Of a DNA stretch of 64,000 nt, positions 11,365 to 24,140 are shown one piece after another. The DNA is taken from assembly GCA_016748015.1 (NCBI GenBank), contig JAAOMT010000471.1, positions 36,606 to 100,605 of the forward strand, in the 5' to 3' direction. Below the pieces are notes generated by a model. It was not told the DNA's origin. It searched no databases and was given only the letters and a program-made list of their open reading frames with translations. Origin of the DNA: Geosiphon pyriformis uo1. Its lineage: Eukaryota; Fungi; Glomeromycota. The translations under genes were made by a program, and so were the position numbers. Every line of letters starts with the position of its first letter. Position 1 is the first letter of the stretch.

Positions 11365-11870
11365 TATTACAGATAATTATTTGAAATATTAGAACAAATA
11401 ACAAAATCATAACTTGTTGCTCAATAGTTATTGATAATAGTAATTTCTAAAGGTTTTAGTTAAGTTTTTTGTATAATAAACAAAAATTTAATTAATAGTT
11501 TCTTTTGTGAATTTTTTTTTTCAGTGTGATGATTGATTTATTCTAACAGTTGTGTTCTTTTAATAAGCTATCTTTAAGTTTTCTATTTTTGTTTCCAAGT
11601 CTTTTATTAGGCTATTCTTGATATCAATTAGTAAACAACAAAGAAAATAAAAAATAAAAAAATAAAAATAAAAATAAAAATTAATATTTTGTTAATAACT
11701 ATAATTAAAAACTATTAGTCTAGTGTAATTAAGTATTGGTTTTTATTAACATAAAATGTTAATAGTATAGAATATATTAATATTTCTTTAATCAAGTAAT
11801 AATAACATAGATTTAGATGATAATAAATGTTTTATTAATATATGTATAATTTTATTTCAAGTTATAGAAA
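11365..11870 (-). repeat. Older, heavily decayed LTR related to the Gypsy LTR, in inverted orientation (solo or 3' LTR); right boundary approximate
   Basis: The reverse complement matches LTR R/U5 blocks in order, e.g. gatagcttattaaaagaacacaactgttagaataaa vs gatagcttaccagaagggcataattgttagaataaa, and attgagcaacaagttatgattttg...aataattatctgtaata vs attgagtaccaagttatggatttg...aataatcatctgtaaca. Confidence 0.8.
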
Positions 11871-12739
11871 ATTATCTTTTAAAGAGAAGAGCATTGTTGT
11901 TTTAAACTAAATTGTTTGTTTTTTTTGCTTTTAATATTTTTACTATATATATAATTTGTATTATACAAAATTTTTTAAAATTTTTCAATTTCCTTGAAAA
12001 AAATTCTGTAATTTTACAATTTCTTAAAAGAAATTTTGGAATTTTGGAATCCTGTAATTTTTTGAGAAAAATCTTAGAATTTTTTTTTATTATGCCTATT
12101 TTTAATCAGTTATTTTATCTACTTATTATACTTCCTAATCTCTATAAGTAATATTGTAGTTATAAAATTAAAGAAATAAAGAATTTTTTATAATTTAATT
12201 TGTATTTTATTTATTAAATAATAATAAAATATTATGTAAAATTTTAGTCAAAACCAAATAAAAAACAAATTTATAAGACAAAATATTGTTTTTAATTTTG
12301 TTTATTTATAAAATTATAAATTATAATATAAAAAATTATAAGCTTTTTTTATTTATTTTATAAAAAATAACAATTTTATTAATAAAAATACGAAAATACT
12401 TTGCAAAAAAACTTTAATATTATTTTAACTTATTAATAAAAACATAAATAATTTATTTTAAAAAAAATAAAAGTGCTAAAAAAATTTTTTTTTAAGTATT
12501 GATAATTTAGTTTTAAAATACTATTTAAACAGAAATAATATTTATAAAAATAAGTTTTTTAATTAATAAATAACTATTTATAATTAACAAAGTTTTAAAT
12601 AATAATTTTATATCTTATAAAGTTTATATAAAATAATCTTTAATAATTAATTAATATAAATAATTATTTTTTAAATTAAAATATTCAATATATTCAATAT
12701 ATTTTTTATAAGTATTAAACTAAAAAAAGTAAAAACTCT

Positions 12740-15700
12740 TTCTTTTATTGATTTTCTGATTACAATAAAAGTATAAAGTAGTTAAAGATATACACTTTTT
12801 TTTCTTTTTTTTTCTTTTGTTTTTGCAGTTCTTTCTTTTATTACATTTTTATTTATTACTAAAGAATTAATAGACTCTTTTGTTAATAGTTTTGGTTTTG
12901 GTTCAGCTAAATTAAAAATCCAGTCTGGCATTAAAAAAAAGTGTATTAAAAATATTTATTCTTATAGTTTTTCATACAAAAAGCTGAAAAAATCTGAAGC
13001 TATTAATAGTATAATAAACTTATTAGCTGGCTTTCTATTTATTAACATATTATAAGCTAATAAAAATAATTATAAAAAATTTTAAAATAGTAAAGTAGAT
13101 AACAAAAAACTAGTATTAGTAAAGTATCAAACATAAAAAATATAAAAAACACAATTGCAGAGAAAAAAAGTTACATAAATTTAAATACTTTTGAGATAAA
13201 TAATATAATAGATAATATAATTTTAAAAAAGATGCAAACTAAAACATATATTTGGAACAGTTATTAAATATGCTTTTTTTAATAAATTAAGTAATAATAA
13301 AGACATATTAATATTTCTAGTGCTTAAGTTTGATGATTTCCAAAAATTGCTATTGGTTGAGTTATAAAGCAAAAAAATTAGAAATTTTAGTTTAAAAAAA
13401 TTTTTTGTATTAAATATTAAATTTTCTGTAATGTCTGACAAAACTTATGAAAATAAGTTGTTGTTAATAAAAAATTTTTTTATCATATTAATAGTTTTAG
13501 AAGAGTATTAACTTTCTTAAAATTTCTAGATATTATTAAATCAATTTTTATATCTAAATTAAGCTTAAACAAAACAAAAAAATTGGCTGTTAGTAAAAAA
13601 TTTTGGTAAATAATAATATTAAAAAACAAATAATTATACAAATCAGAAAATAATTGTTAAAAAAATTCCAGTTGATCTTCTTAAATTGGCTATAAAATCA
13701 GTATTCTTTAAGTTTAGTAAAATTGTTTCTATTAAGATACAATTTATTGGTCTTTAACAAAAAGTTTTAGTTAAGTTTGAATTTGTTAATATAATTAATT
13801 TGGTTTTAGTTAAGTAATCAGTTTTTATAGATAAAAATTTTGTGTATATGGTTAAAGTTGTTAATAATAAACAAATATAAATATCTAAAAATTAATATTG
13901 GGCTTTATTATATATCTTATTAATTAATACTATTGTTTATAATTTTTCTGATTTGTTGACATTATATTATAAAAAAACTTGTTTTATTGATTGTAACTCA
14001 AGTTTATATAAATGTAATCAATATATAATTGTTTATTTTGTTAATAAAGCATTAAAAAAACTTGCTATTAGTTCTATTCCAGTTTTTAAGAATGTAAATT
14101 TGTACTAAACTGGCTTATTACTAGTTATTTGTGCTTAGATTACCAGTAATTCTTTGTTTTTTTTTTTTTTATATGAAATAGTTCCTTAAAAATTGACTTC
14201 TTTTTAGAAAAAAAATCTCTTCTGCTGGTTATATTGAAAATAAGTGAAAAAATTGCTGCTTTTAAGTACAATTTTACCAATCTCATAAAACAAATTGATA
14301 AGTTAGTTAAGAGATTAAATACACTTAAACTAACAGTTTTTTAGCTTAAATCTAGATATTAGTCATTGGTAACTTTTTTATTACAAAATTAAAAAATAAA
14401 TACAATAATAAGTAAAAGTTTAAATGTGGCAATTAATAATATGATTATTATAAAAACAGAGTTTTTTGATTTGTTAATTGCTTTCAAGTTGAAAGACAAT
14501 ATAAATAATCTGTCAAAAATAGTTATAAGCCTATTGGCCAAAATAAAAAATAAAAGCTTGAGTTTAAACATTTCTACTTAGCAATAACTAAACTGATTTG
14601 AAAAATTGCTATATGTAATATTCATATATTAATGTTTTTACTAAACAAAATAATATTATTTATTAATATATAGACTTAAATAATATAATTTCTATTATTA
14701 CAAAAAATAAAATTGAAATCTAATATTAGACTATATATTATAAACAAGTTTGATAAGATGCAAATTTTTGCATTTAATTTGGATAAAAGTTTTCTTAATA
14801 TTGAAATAACTATTATTATAAACAATTTTTTGGCTTAATATGTTTCAAAAATAGAAAAAATTTTTGGTTAAATTATTTTAGTACAGTTTTTATTCAAGAA
14901 TAAACTTTTAGTTATAATTTTAGATTTGTATATTTATGTTTCTGTTAAAGCTAAATTTGATTAAACATTAAAAATCAATTCTTTCATTATTAAAGCAGTT
15001 AACTCTAATATTTTTATGGTTTTAAGTAAAAATTTCAATAAAAATAAGTCTAAAAAAAGTACAAGTTTTAAGTTTTGTGTGAACTTAGATTTGGTTAATT
15101 TTTTGATAAGTATTTTTTAGTTAAAACTTCAACTTGAAGTAATTTATGATTGTTAGTTATAGAATTAACTTTGTGTCTGACTTTTTTAATACAAATTACT
15201 AGACAGTTTTGGTTTTGGTTGGCCTAAATAGTTTTTTAGATATTTATTTAAATAGTATATACAAATAAATTAATAAAAATTGCTGAAAATCCAAGATAAG
15301 TAATGCAAATAAAATTAAATAAACATGCTTTAAAAAGTGTTTTTTTAATAAACTATTAGTATTGAATAATAGATTCTTGAAAGCTAAGAGTTTTGGTAAT
15401 TTGAATGAGATATAAAAGATATTAAAAAAGATAATAGTGAGTTTAGTTAATAAAATATTTTTTAAACAATAGTATAATAAGTTTAATTGTTTAAAAAATA
15501 AACAATCATCAAAGTTTTTCAAGTTAAAACTACTTGTTGTTAAGATTATAAAAAGTTTGAGCTTAGAAAATATGTTTAAATTTGATTACTTTATCAAAAC
15601 TTAGTTAATTATTAATAATACAGAGGCTTTTAAGATTATAAAAATAGTTCAAAATAATATAAATATAATAGCCATTATTAATTATTTATTAATAATTAAG

Positions 15701-18700
15701 AAAAAATATAGAAAATCTAAATATCATAAGTCTAAGACAACAAAAAATGCATTAATAAAGAAAATTATTGAACAGTATATAAAAAATATTTGTTTAAATA
15801 AGAGATAAATGATTAGAAGTGTTTTAGAACAATTTTTTTACAAAGTTATTTTGAATTATTTGGTTGTTAAAAAAAATTTGGTTTTAAAACTAAATAAGAA
15901 TAAAAGTAAGATTAATAAAATTATAGAAGAATAAATAAAAAAAAGAATTGTGTCTTAAAAGCTATTTAGTCTGTAACTTTAATAATATTCACTTTTGGTT
16001 TATATAAATAATAATATATTTTTTAGGATTATATATAAAGTTAGATTACAGAAATTGGCTTTGGTTATCAATAGTCTATTTGATGACAAAGCTGTTAAGC
16101 TGTTTAATATATTAAATAAACTTTAAAAGCACTGTAACAAAACTGTGTTAAAATGTTTTCTAAATTTATTTAATTTATGTTTATTTCTTGGTAATGTTTT
16201 GGTTCTTTAGAAAAAGACATAAGTTTTAATGATTTCCAAATTTTATAAATAAAAAAGTGTCTTAATAAATATTTGATCTATTGTACTAATTGAAACAGCT
16301 AAAAATATTCTGTCAAAAATTTTTTTAGATTGAATTTTTTTTGCATGTAATGAGTTTAATATTCTTTGTAATGATAATTTTTTGGTTTTAAAGAGTACTA
16401 TAACTCAGTTTTTTGTGTTTGCTATTGGTTTAATTATAAAAAATGCTTTAAAAAAAAGCTAAAAGCTTTGGTTGGTTTTGCAAAATATATATAAGACATA
16501 TGATTTAGTTAGATACTATTACTTAAAAACTAGTTTGAAGCATGTTAAAATATGTAACAGATTTGTTAATTTCTTTGAAAATATATACATAAACAGAATC
16601 AACAGAATGATAACTAATTTTGGTCTTTTGAATAACTATAAAGTACATAATAAACTGAATTAAAGTAAAATTTTTTTGCTACTTTTGTGAAAAATTTTTT
16701 ACAATTCTTTTTTGTGCAAAGTAAAAAAACAAAAACACTTGTGTAGATATAAGATTAACAAAAAATTTATGGCAAAAATAGACAGAATAGAGATTAGTAG
16801 AAAAAATTTTTATTTTTCATAGCTGGTACTTTTATTAATAATACAATTTAGATTAATAATAGCCAAATTTCAACTCAGTATATTTTAAATATTGCTAGTG
16901 AATTTTTTAAGATTAATAATATTTTTATTAATAATAATAAAACAGTAATTATTTCTATTAACTAAAGAATTGTAAGTGCTTTTTTACATATTAGTAGTTT
17001 ATTGATTTTTATTACTTAGTATAACAAATCTTATAGGTATTTAAGAATTTTTTTGTTAACTAAAAGTATATTAAAGATAAATCTTGTCAAAATATATTCG
17101 TATATTAAATATTTTTTTAAATTTGGTTCTTAAGAAAGTATTATTGAACAAGTAGTTTTCATATTTGGTTTTAGTATTTTTGCAGCCCATAATTGACTAT
17201 TGTATACAGTTTAGTTTTGTGTCTAAAAATATGTATTAAAATTCAAATATTATAATGAAAAAAAGATTCAGATTTAAGGCCAATTTGTTAAAAATTTTTC
17301 TAATAAGACAATATATTATTTATTTCTGTACAAATTGAAATTTTTTAAATAAATACAAGTGAAAATAAAATTAGTTTTAACATTAATTTTGCTAATATTT
17401 TAAAAATTTTTGGCTGGTTGCTTAAGTATTGGTTTTTGAATTTACAGATTCTAAATTAAACATCTATAAATTTATTACAATATCTAATTAAATTAAAAGT
17501 CAGTTTTATAAATAATTTCTTAGTAGATATGATAAAAATTTTTTAATTATCAAAAATCTCTATACTTAATAATTTGTCTAATGTATTCCGTAGTTTTTAG
17601 TTATTATTTAATATCCAAAATTTTGAGTAATTTTTATTACTTTAAGATAGTTAATTCTTTAAGACACTCTAATATTGTTTTTAAAAACAGATTATTAAAC
17701 AAGCATAGATTAGTTATGAATTAGAAAACTTTTTATTATTAGAAAAAATTGAGTTCTAGAAATTTAATGTCAGTATAGTTTGAAAAAATGTTAATGTACA
17801 TAAGTAGTTTTCTTGTTAATGCTGATAAAATTGTCTTTAGCTTTAACTGTTCAGATTTTCTTAATTTGATAGACTTTATAAATATTTGGGAATGCTTGTA
17901 TAAGTTGTAGATAGGAGTAATAAATATTTATACTAATGGTTTAATAAAAAATTTAGGTATTATAAAGATAATTAGTGAGACAGTTGTTTATTTTCCAGAA
18001 ATTAAAATAGATATAGATGTTAAAATATATGGATTGTTGCCTTTATAATGTTAAAATTACAGATGATTGTCTTGGCCTTAGAGTGTATTCTTTTTTTTTG
18101 CTTAATAGTTTTGTATATAGACTGCTAAATAATTATAAATATATGCATTTTAGAATTTTAGCTTCATATGCCAGATTACAGAAATAAGTTTTGGGTAAAA
18201 AAATACCATGTGACTAATTTGATTAAGTTTAAAAACATTGTAATAAAGTAGATAAAAATCAAAAACTATTTAAAAAATACTAAAAATAACTAGACAAATG
18301 CTTTTATATATAATATAGCACAGTTTTATTTGGTTTTTTCTGTGAAAATTCGAAAAAAGTTTATTGTAACTAATTGTCTGGTTGTGTTAAACAATGTTTG
18401 TTATTTTATTTATAATCTTTTTTAGACTATTTATTGTGCTCAATAGAAAGCAAGTCCTAATGTCAATGTTTTAGATAGCTTATTTATCTAAAACATAGAT
18501 TAAAATTGCACTGCTATGATTTGGCATTTGGATTTTTATTTTCTTTGCACATATTTGATATAAATAATTCATAGAAGACTGTCAGTTACAGTTAAAAAGA
18601 AGCTTTATAATAAAAATCACTTAAGTGTTTTGTGTTTAGCATATAATAATGTTAAATTGTTGAATCATGTTTTTATGTATTCAAAGAATGTTTTTATATG

Positions 18701-19280
18701 TTCAAACATCTTATGTAATTACATAAAATTATAAAAGTTTTTATTAGTAACCTGTTTTCTATTGTTTTTACTGATATTATATGTTTTTTTTTGGATATTT
18801 CTAATGTTGAGTTGTATACAGTCTTGTGTAAAAATAATTTTAAAGTTAGATTAATTTCATATTATAAAGCATTTTTCTTTGTCAAAACTTTTCTAATTAT
18901 AGCTTTTTTTGATAAAAAATCTAATTTGAGATATTGGCAATTATTTTTTTAAATTTATCCTAAATTAGGTTTATTGTAATTCCAAAAAGTTTTTTGACTA
19001 TTTTCTTAAGTAATTATCATGAAAAAAGCAACTTTTGAATTATAGCTGAAAAAACATAGTTAGATTTTTTTTTTATGATAATTAATGCTCTTTCAAGTCA
19101 GTCGAAAAAAAAAATTGTGTTTTAATTAATAAAGCTGAAGAAATTATTTTCTGGCAAAAAATAAATTATCAATATTATATGAATAAAAAAAAATTTTTAA
19201 GGAGTTTATCTTATCAATAAATAAGAATTTCAAACTATAATTTTGTTAAATCACATTTTCGAAAAGGCTAAAAATTTATT
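12740..19280 (+). mobile_element. Near full-length, extremely AT-mutated LINE (ORF1; ORF2 with APE endonuclease, RT, RNase H and a C-terminal Cys/His motif)
   Basis: Residual motifs: ORF1 KKIPVDLLKLAIKSVFFKFSKIVSIKIQFIGL (~13660); APE start LI*KIAICNI (~14593); RT LVLQNIYKTYDLV (from LQDMRKAYDSV, 16472) and AGTFINNTI (from F-V-D-D, ~16822); RNase H IYTNGLIKNLG (from YTDGS, ~17925); CLAYNNVKLLNHVFMY (~18632). Ends are approximate. Confidence 0.8.
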
Positions 19281-19569
19281 CACTTTATTTATATTGCATT
19301 AAAAACTATGCTTGTTATTATCCTATTGATATTTTTACTTTTAAATAAAAATCTTTTAATTTCTAATAACTTATTTGCATTTTTAATATATATTATTTAT
19401 AAGAATACTTATTTAGTGTGTAAATACATCACACATATATCAATGTGTGTTATATATAATCTATTTTATGCTAAAACAGAAAACATAATATCACATGCTC
19501 ACTTATTACAGCATGCTTTACAGTCAATAACCTTCACACTCAATTAATATGTAATAGCCTATATAATAC

Positions 19570-21210
19570 TTTTAAATATAAAATCAAAAACTAAATCTTC
19601 CTTAAAATTCTTTATCTATTCTAAGTTAAATATTGTCATCAATTGTGTAAATTCAATTCCAACTCTAAAAAAGATGGTTAAACCAAAAAAGTTTACAAAA
19701 ATATTAAATATAATAAATAAAAGACTTATATTTTGTAAAAAATTAAGGTCTGAAATAAATTAATCTCTATATTTTTGTTATATTTCGGATAGCATCTTAT
19801 GTCTCTTCTGAGTTAAGGCTTGTTGATTTAAGTTACAATTATCATAAGCAGTAATAACTCTTTTTTGAGATTCTTTTGCAATGTTATAATAAGCTAATGT
19901 ATGTTTTTGATCACAGAATACTTTCTATTAATTACATCATAGTATACATGTATAGGATCTGTTTTATTCAAAAGTTTTTTCTTTTCAAATAATTTCACAG
20001 GAAATGATGGCAAAGCTGTATATATTGCTATACTTAATATGAAAAATTCTTGCAAATTTTGGGTGTAAGACACTCAAAAACATCTTAAATATTACCAGAC
20101 TGTAGAGAGTAATTAGCAAAACAATAGAATTCAAGATTAAAAATAACAACTTTTAAGGATTTGTTTTCAAACAAAGATATTTTCAAAGTGTAAATTCCTA
20201 TACACCAGATTTGAATCATTTATAAATATTGGGTTATTAACAACTCTAAAAAACATATGAAAACTATTTTCTAAGTAAGAGTTGTTTCATTCATTTTTAG
20301 AAAATTTCAGAGTTCCCTATCTATTTTAATAGTAATACCCAAATGCATTTTGATTTTCTGTCTTTTTGTTTTTAAATAGTATTCAAATATTTCTAGATTT
20401 TTTGCTGTTCTCTATTTATTTTGACAATATATTTCAATATTGGTTTGTGAACTTAGATATCTTACTTTTTCTAGATCTTTCATTATTTCCAGTCTATTTG
20501 AATAATATGTTCTAAATTTGTTTTGTTTAAGTAACTTTCTGCTTCTACTACTATTGAATAGAATTTAAATGCTTTTTCATTATTTCTTTTCTATTTTGAT
20601 AACAATATCTAAGAGTGAATTGCACAAGTAAACTTCCCATCTCTACTGCTTTTAAATAGATTTCAAATGCTTTTTTAAAGATTTTCATTCTTACTCATTT
20701 ATTATTATAACAAAGTCCAAAAATGTATTGTGTATTTAAATCTCTCCTTTCTGCTGTTTTTTCTCAATTTTTTAAAGTACCAATTCCATTATTATAATAT
20801 TATGTAAGGCTGTATTGTGCAAATAAATCTCAACTACAGCTTTTGAATAGAGCTTAAATGCTTTTTATCAATTTTATAAAGTATAGAGTAAGTTATTATA
20901 GCAATAACCTAAGAAAAATTTTTCAAAAAAAACTTTTCCTTTGCTGCTTTTTGCAATTTTAAAAATGTTTTTGTTAAATTAGAAATAATTTCCAATCTTA
21001 TTTTCTAAAGAAAAGCCAGTCTATTAAACACTTTGAACTTTTTATTTTGTTTATAATTTACATAAATTGTTTTTTCTTAAAGTAAATACCATTAGACATT
21101 GATGCAATTCAATTAATAAAAAATATTGTTGGTAAAGATTTTAAGCATTTTATATTTTCTTTTAGAAGTTAATCATTCATTTTTTTGGTCAATTTTTTCA
21201 TATATATATG
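19570..21210 (-). pseudogene. Sel1-repeat + TKL kinase pseudogene
   Basis: Minus strand shows repeated KAFKFYS/KAFEIYLKAVE Sel1 units (20350-21000), then kinase remnants NLVYRNLHFENI, LKVVIFNLEF and YSNIYSFAIISCEI, with many stops and frameshifts. Confidence 0.7.
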
Positions 21211-21252
21211 ATAATAGTAAAAATACTATATAACAAATTCAAATAAATACCA

Positions 21253-21393
21253 GAGTCTACAAGTGCAAGTTTTAAATTCGAATGTGGTAGAAGGTTTCTG
21301 AGCCTGCAAATACAAATTATAACTTTAAATATAGTGAAAGGTATTCAAGCCTACAAGTTCAAGTTATCATTTTGAATATAGTAAAAAGTATTT
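21253..21393 (+). repeat. Three degenerate 47-bp tandem repeats
   Basis: Units start at 21253 (gagtctacaagtgcaagtttt...), 21300 (gagcctgcaaatacaaattat...) and 21347 (aagcctacaagttcaagttat...). Confidence 0.7.
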
Positions 21394-21519
21394 TGGCTCT
21401 ATGGATTAATATTCAAATAAGTTATTGTTTTTGTGGTGGCCAAACAAAAAACTTTATAAAATTTCTAATAGTCCATGTAAATAAGAAATAAGTAATGTAT
21501 ATATTACCAACTTAAATTA

Positions 21520-22900
21520 ACAAAATATTATTTTGCACTAATTTGAATGTGCCTATGAATCTATTTGTAGTCTACATAAAATTGGAACATTGAAAATAAT
21601 ATGATGGATTTCTTTTTGTAACAACAATATAAACTAATATTTAGAAATTTATAAAGAGTGAACAAGTTTCTTTTGATGATGATATGATAAAGAAAAATAT
21701 AATATATTTACAAAGGAGGCTTTCAAGTGATTTATCTTCTTTTTTTATAGAAATTCATCAAAATATACCAGTTTGGTTATAAGTAATGATTCAATTATAA
21801 TAGAATTGTTGTTACCTAAACAGCATGGTAAGAGCAACTTTGTTTTTTTTGTTCTAATCAACATTTTATTAAATTGATCCTTTAACAGAAACCAGCACGC
21901 TTCCAAACTTAATTCAAGATAATGCTATGAGTTTATTTCAGATTTTTCAGAAAAATATACAGAAAATTCAAGTATAAAATTTACACATGATAAAAAATGG
22001 AAGGAAATGAATAAAATTTTTATGGATATTACCCAAGACATTCTTGATATATTGCAAGTAATTTTCAAGAAGATTTTTTATAAAATTTTTAAATTATTGA
22101 TTTTTAGAGCTGATTTTTGGATAAATCCAGCATTTGGACTTGAACTTATGAAAACCAAAGTGAAGGGACATATGTAACAGAAATATTAATCCCCTTATTT
22201 CAAGTATCATTAAAAGAGCTTCCATATAGGCAATTTGCCTTTATCAGCACGTAAAGTTTTATATTAAAAAAAGTTTTTTTATTACCAAAAGTTATGTTTT
22301 TAAAATTTTACTTTTAGTGCAGAGCGACAAAGTATAGCTAGTGCAAAGAGAAAAGGAGAAGAATATTTTGGAAAGCTACCAGATTATATGTATTTACAAA
22401 AACGGAAAGGTAAAATATTTAAGCTTGTATTTGGGTAATGCTTACATTTATTTTGTAGCAATACTAAAAAAAAGAAAAAAAGAAATAAAATTGTGGTGAG
22501 AACCAATAATGGTATGTTTTGGAAAAAAATCAATTTGGTGTTTTAGGAATTCGAGTAGCAAGTAATATTTTATGATAAAAATTATTTTAAAACTCTATTA
22601 TTTTTTATGATATTATAGATCCAGTTAAATTTACCTATTAGGAAAAATCTTGATATACATTGATATTATTATCTAAAAAAACCACAAATTTCGATACAAT
22701 GGTCTGAACAAGCTTTATTAAATTTACCCGAATTTGTTAAATCTACAGGTATTTATTTTATTATGCTAAATTTCATTTATGAATATAACAAAATAAAGAT
22801 CAAAATTTTTTTAGGATTTATTAGACATAGAAAAAATGCATAAAAAATCTATATATTATAGAGATTTTATTTGTTTGATTTTTGCTTTATAGCATACCAA
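21520..22900 (+). pseudogene. Pseudogene of a Glomeromycotina-expanded PD-(D/E)xK nuclease-like family
   Basis: Remnants QSEGTYVTEILIPLFQVSLKELP...FIST (intron) AERQSIASAKRKGEEYFGKLPDYMYL...KLVFG*C...EIKLW...FGVLGIRVA, with stops and frameshifts. Confidence 0.55.
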
Positions 22901-22959
22901 AAAATATCATAGATTGACTATTGTGATTGCATTTTGTAAATCATGATCATGATCTTTTG

Positions 22960-24140
22960 GATTGGTCAATCTATTAGGCTTAGAGTTTATGAGCATTGTA
23001 TTCAAAAGCAGCAGAAGCGGAGATACAAAAGCACAGTGCAATCACGGAGTTTGTTATTTTGATAGAGAAGGAATGACCAAAAATTTAGAAAAATCATTTG
23101 AACTCTATTTCAAAGCAGCAGAAGTGGAAGATTTAGTTTCGCAATTAAATCTTGGAAACTGGTATCAAAAATGATTGGGAACAATGAAAAATTCCTAAAA
23201 GTGGGAAATACAAGTGAACATAACAATTATGGAATGTATTATCAAGATAAATAGGGACCAACGAAAAAATATTTAACCTCCACTTAAAAACAGTTATCAA
23301 AATGGTTAAAAAGCATTTGAACTCTATTTAAAACCATCAGAGGAAAATAACTTGAGTTTTCCTAGTGATTGATGACATGGAACATTTTATTTACAATTCC
23401 AAAATTAAAAGTTTAGATTTTGAAATTTTCTTTGATCACTTTCAAATGGATTTAAGTGTTCTAAATGTGGCAACTTGGGTATCATCATTAGTGGATCTTC
23501 TATACGTCCATTTAGTGATACTGATAAAAATGATGTCAACATATTTAAAGCCAGTTCCCAAAGTGCCATTTCACATTTCTGAGATGGCTTGAATAAATTA
23601 TCTCAATGAGATCAAATCTTTAGGTCACGTGGGAGTTGGATGATTTATGCTGTTAAAAAAGATACATGGGAGAGGAATAATTCTATTTTAGGATAAGAAA
23701 AATCAAAAGTATGAGCGAAATGGGTTACAAAAGTTGTTTTAAAACATCTTAAAAATAGCCAAAATATGGAAATAATCCATACAAATGAAGTATTTTCTTT
23801 TAAGAAATTTAAAAAAATTTATTATTTCTATTTCTATTTCTTTTTCTACCATCAAAAAATGCCCCTTGCAGATATCTTATAACCGATAAATTTTACCTTT
23901 TGCAAAACATGAAGACTTCAGCATTTCTAAAGAAGAACAAAACACATTTACTTGAAGCATTTTTCTTTGTATTCTATATCAGGCCTAAGATTTATACACT
24001 GGTGTATGGGAACTTACATCCTGGCAATTTACTTATTTTAAAATCGAATCTTTAAAAGTTGTTATTTCTGATCTTGTATTCTATCGTCCTGCCGATTACT
24101 CTTTGCGTTTTGGCAAAATTGATGGTAACATAGCTATTTA
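22960..24140 (+). pseudogene. Sel1-repeat + TKL kinase pseudogene
   Basis: Sel1 unit GDTKAQCNHGVCYFDREGMTKNLEKSFELYFKAAE; a CSKC motif; kinase remnants TKVVLKHLKNSQ, ILPFAKHED, LVYGNLHPGNLLIL, KVVISDL; frameshifted. Confidence 0.75.

Noticed and set aside
11912-15522. Short F/L/I/K-rich ORFs (11912, 13223, 14389, 15244)
   Set aside because: They are low-complexity artefacts of AT-mutated TE sequence.
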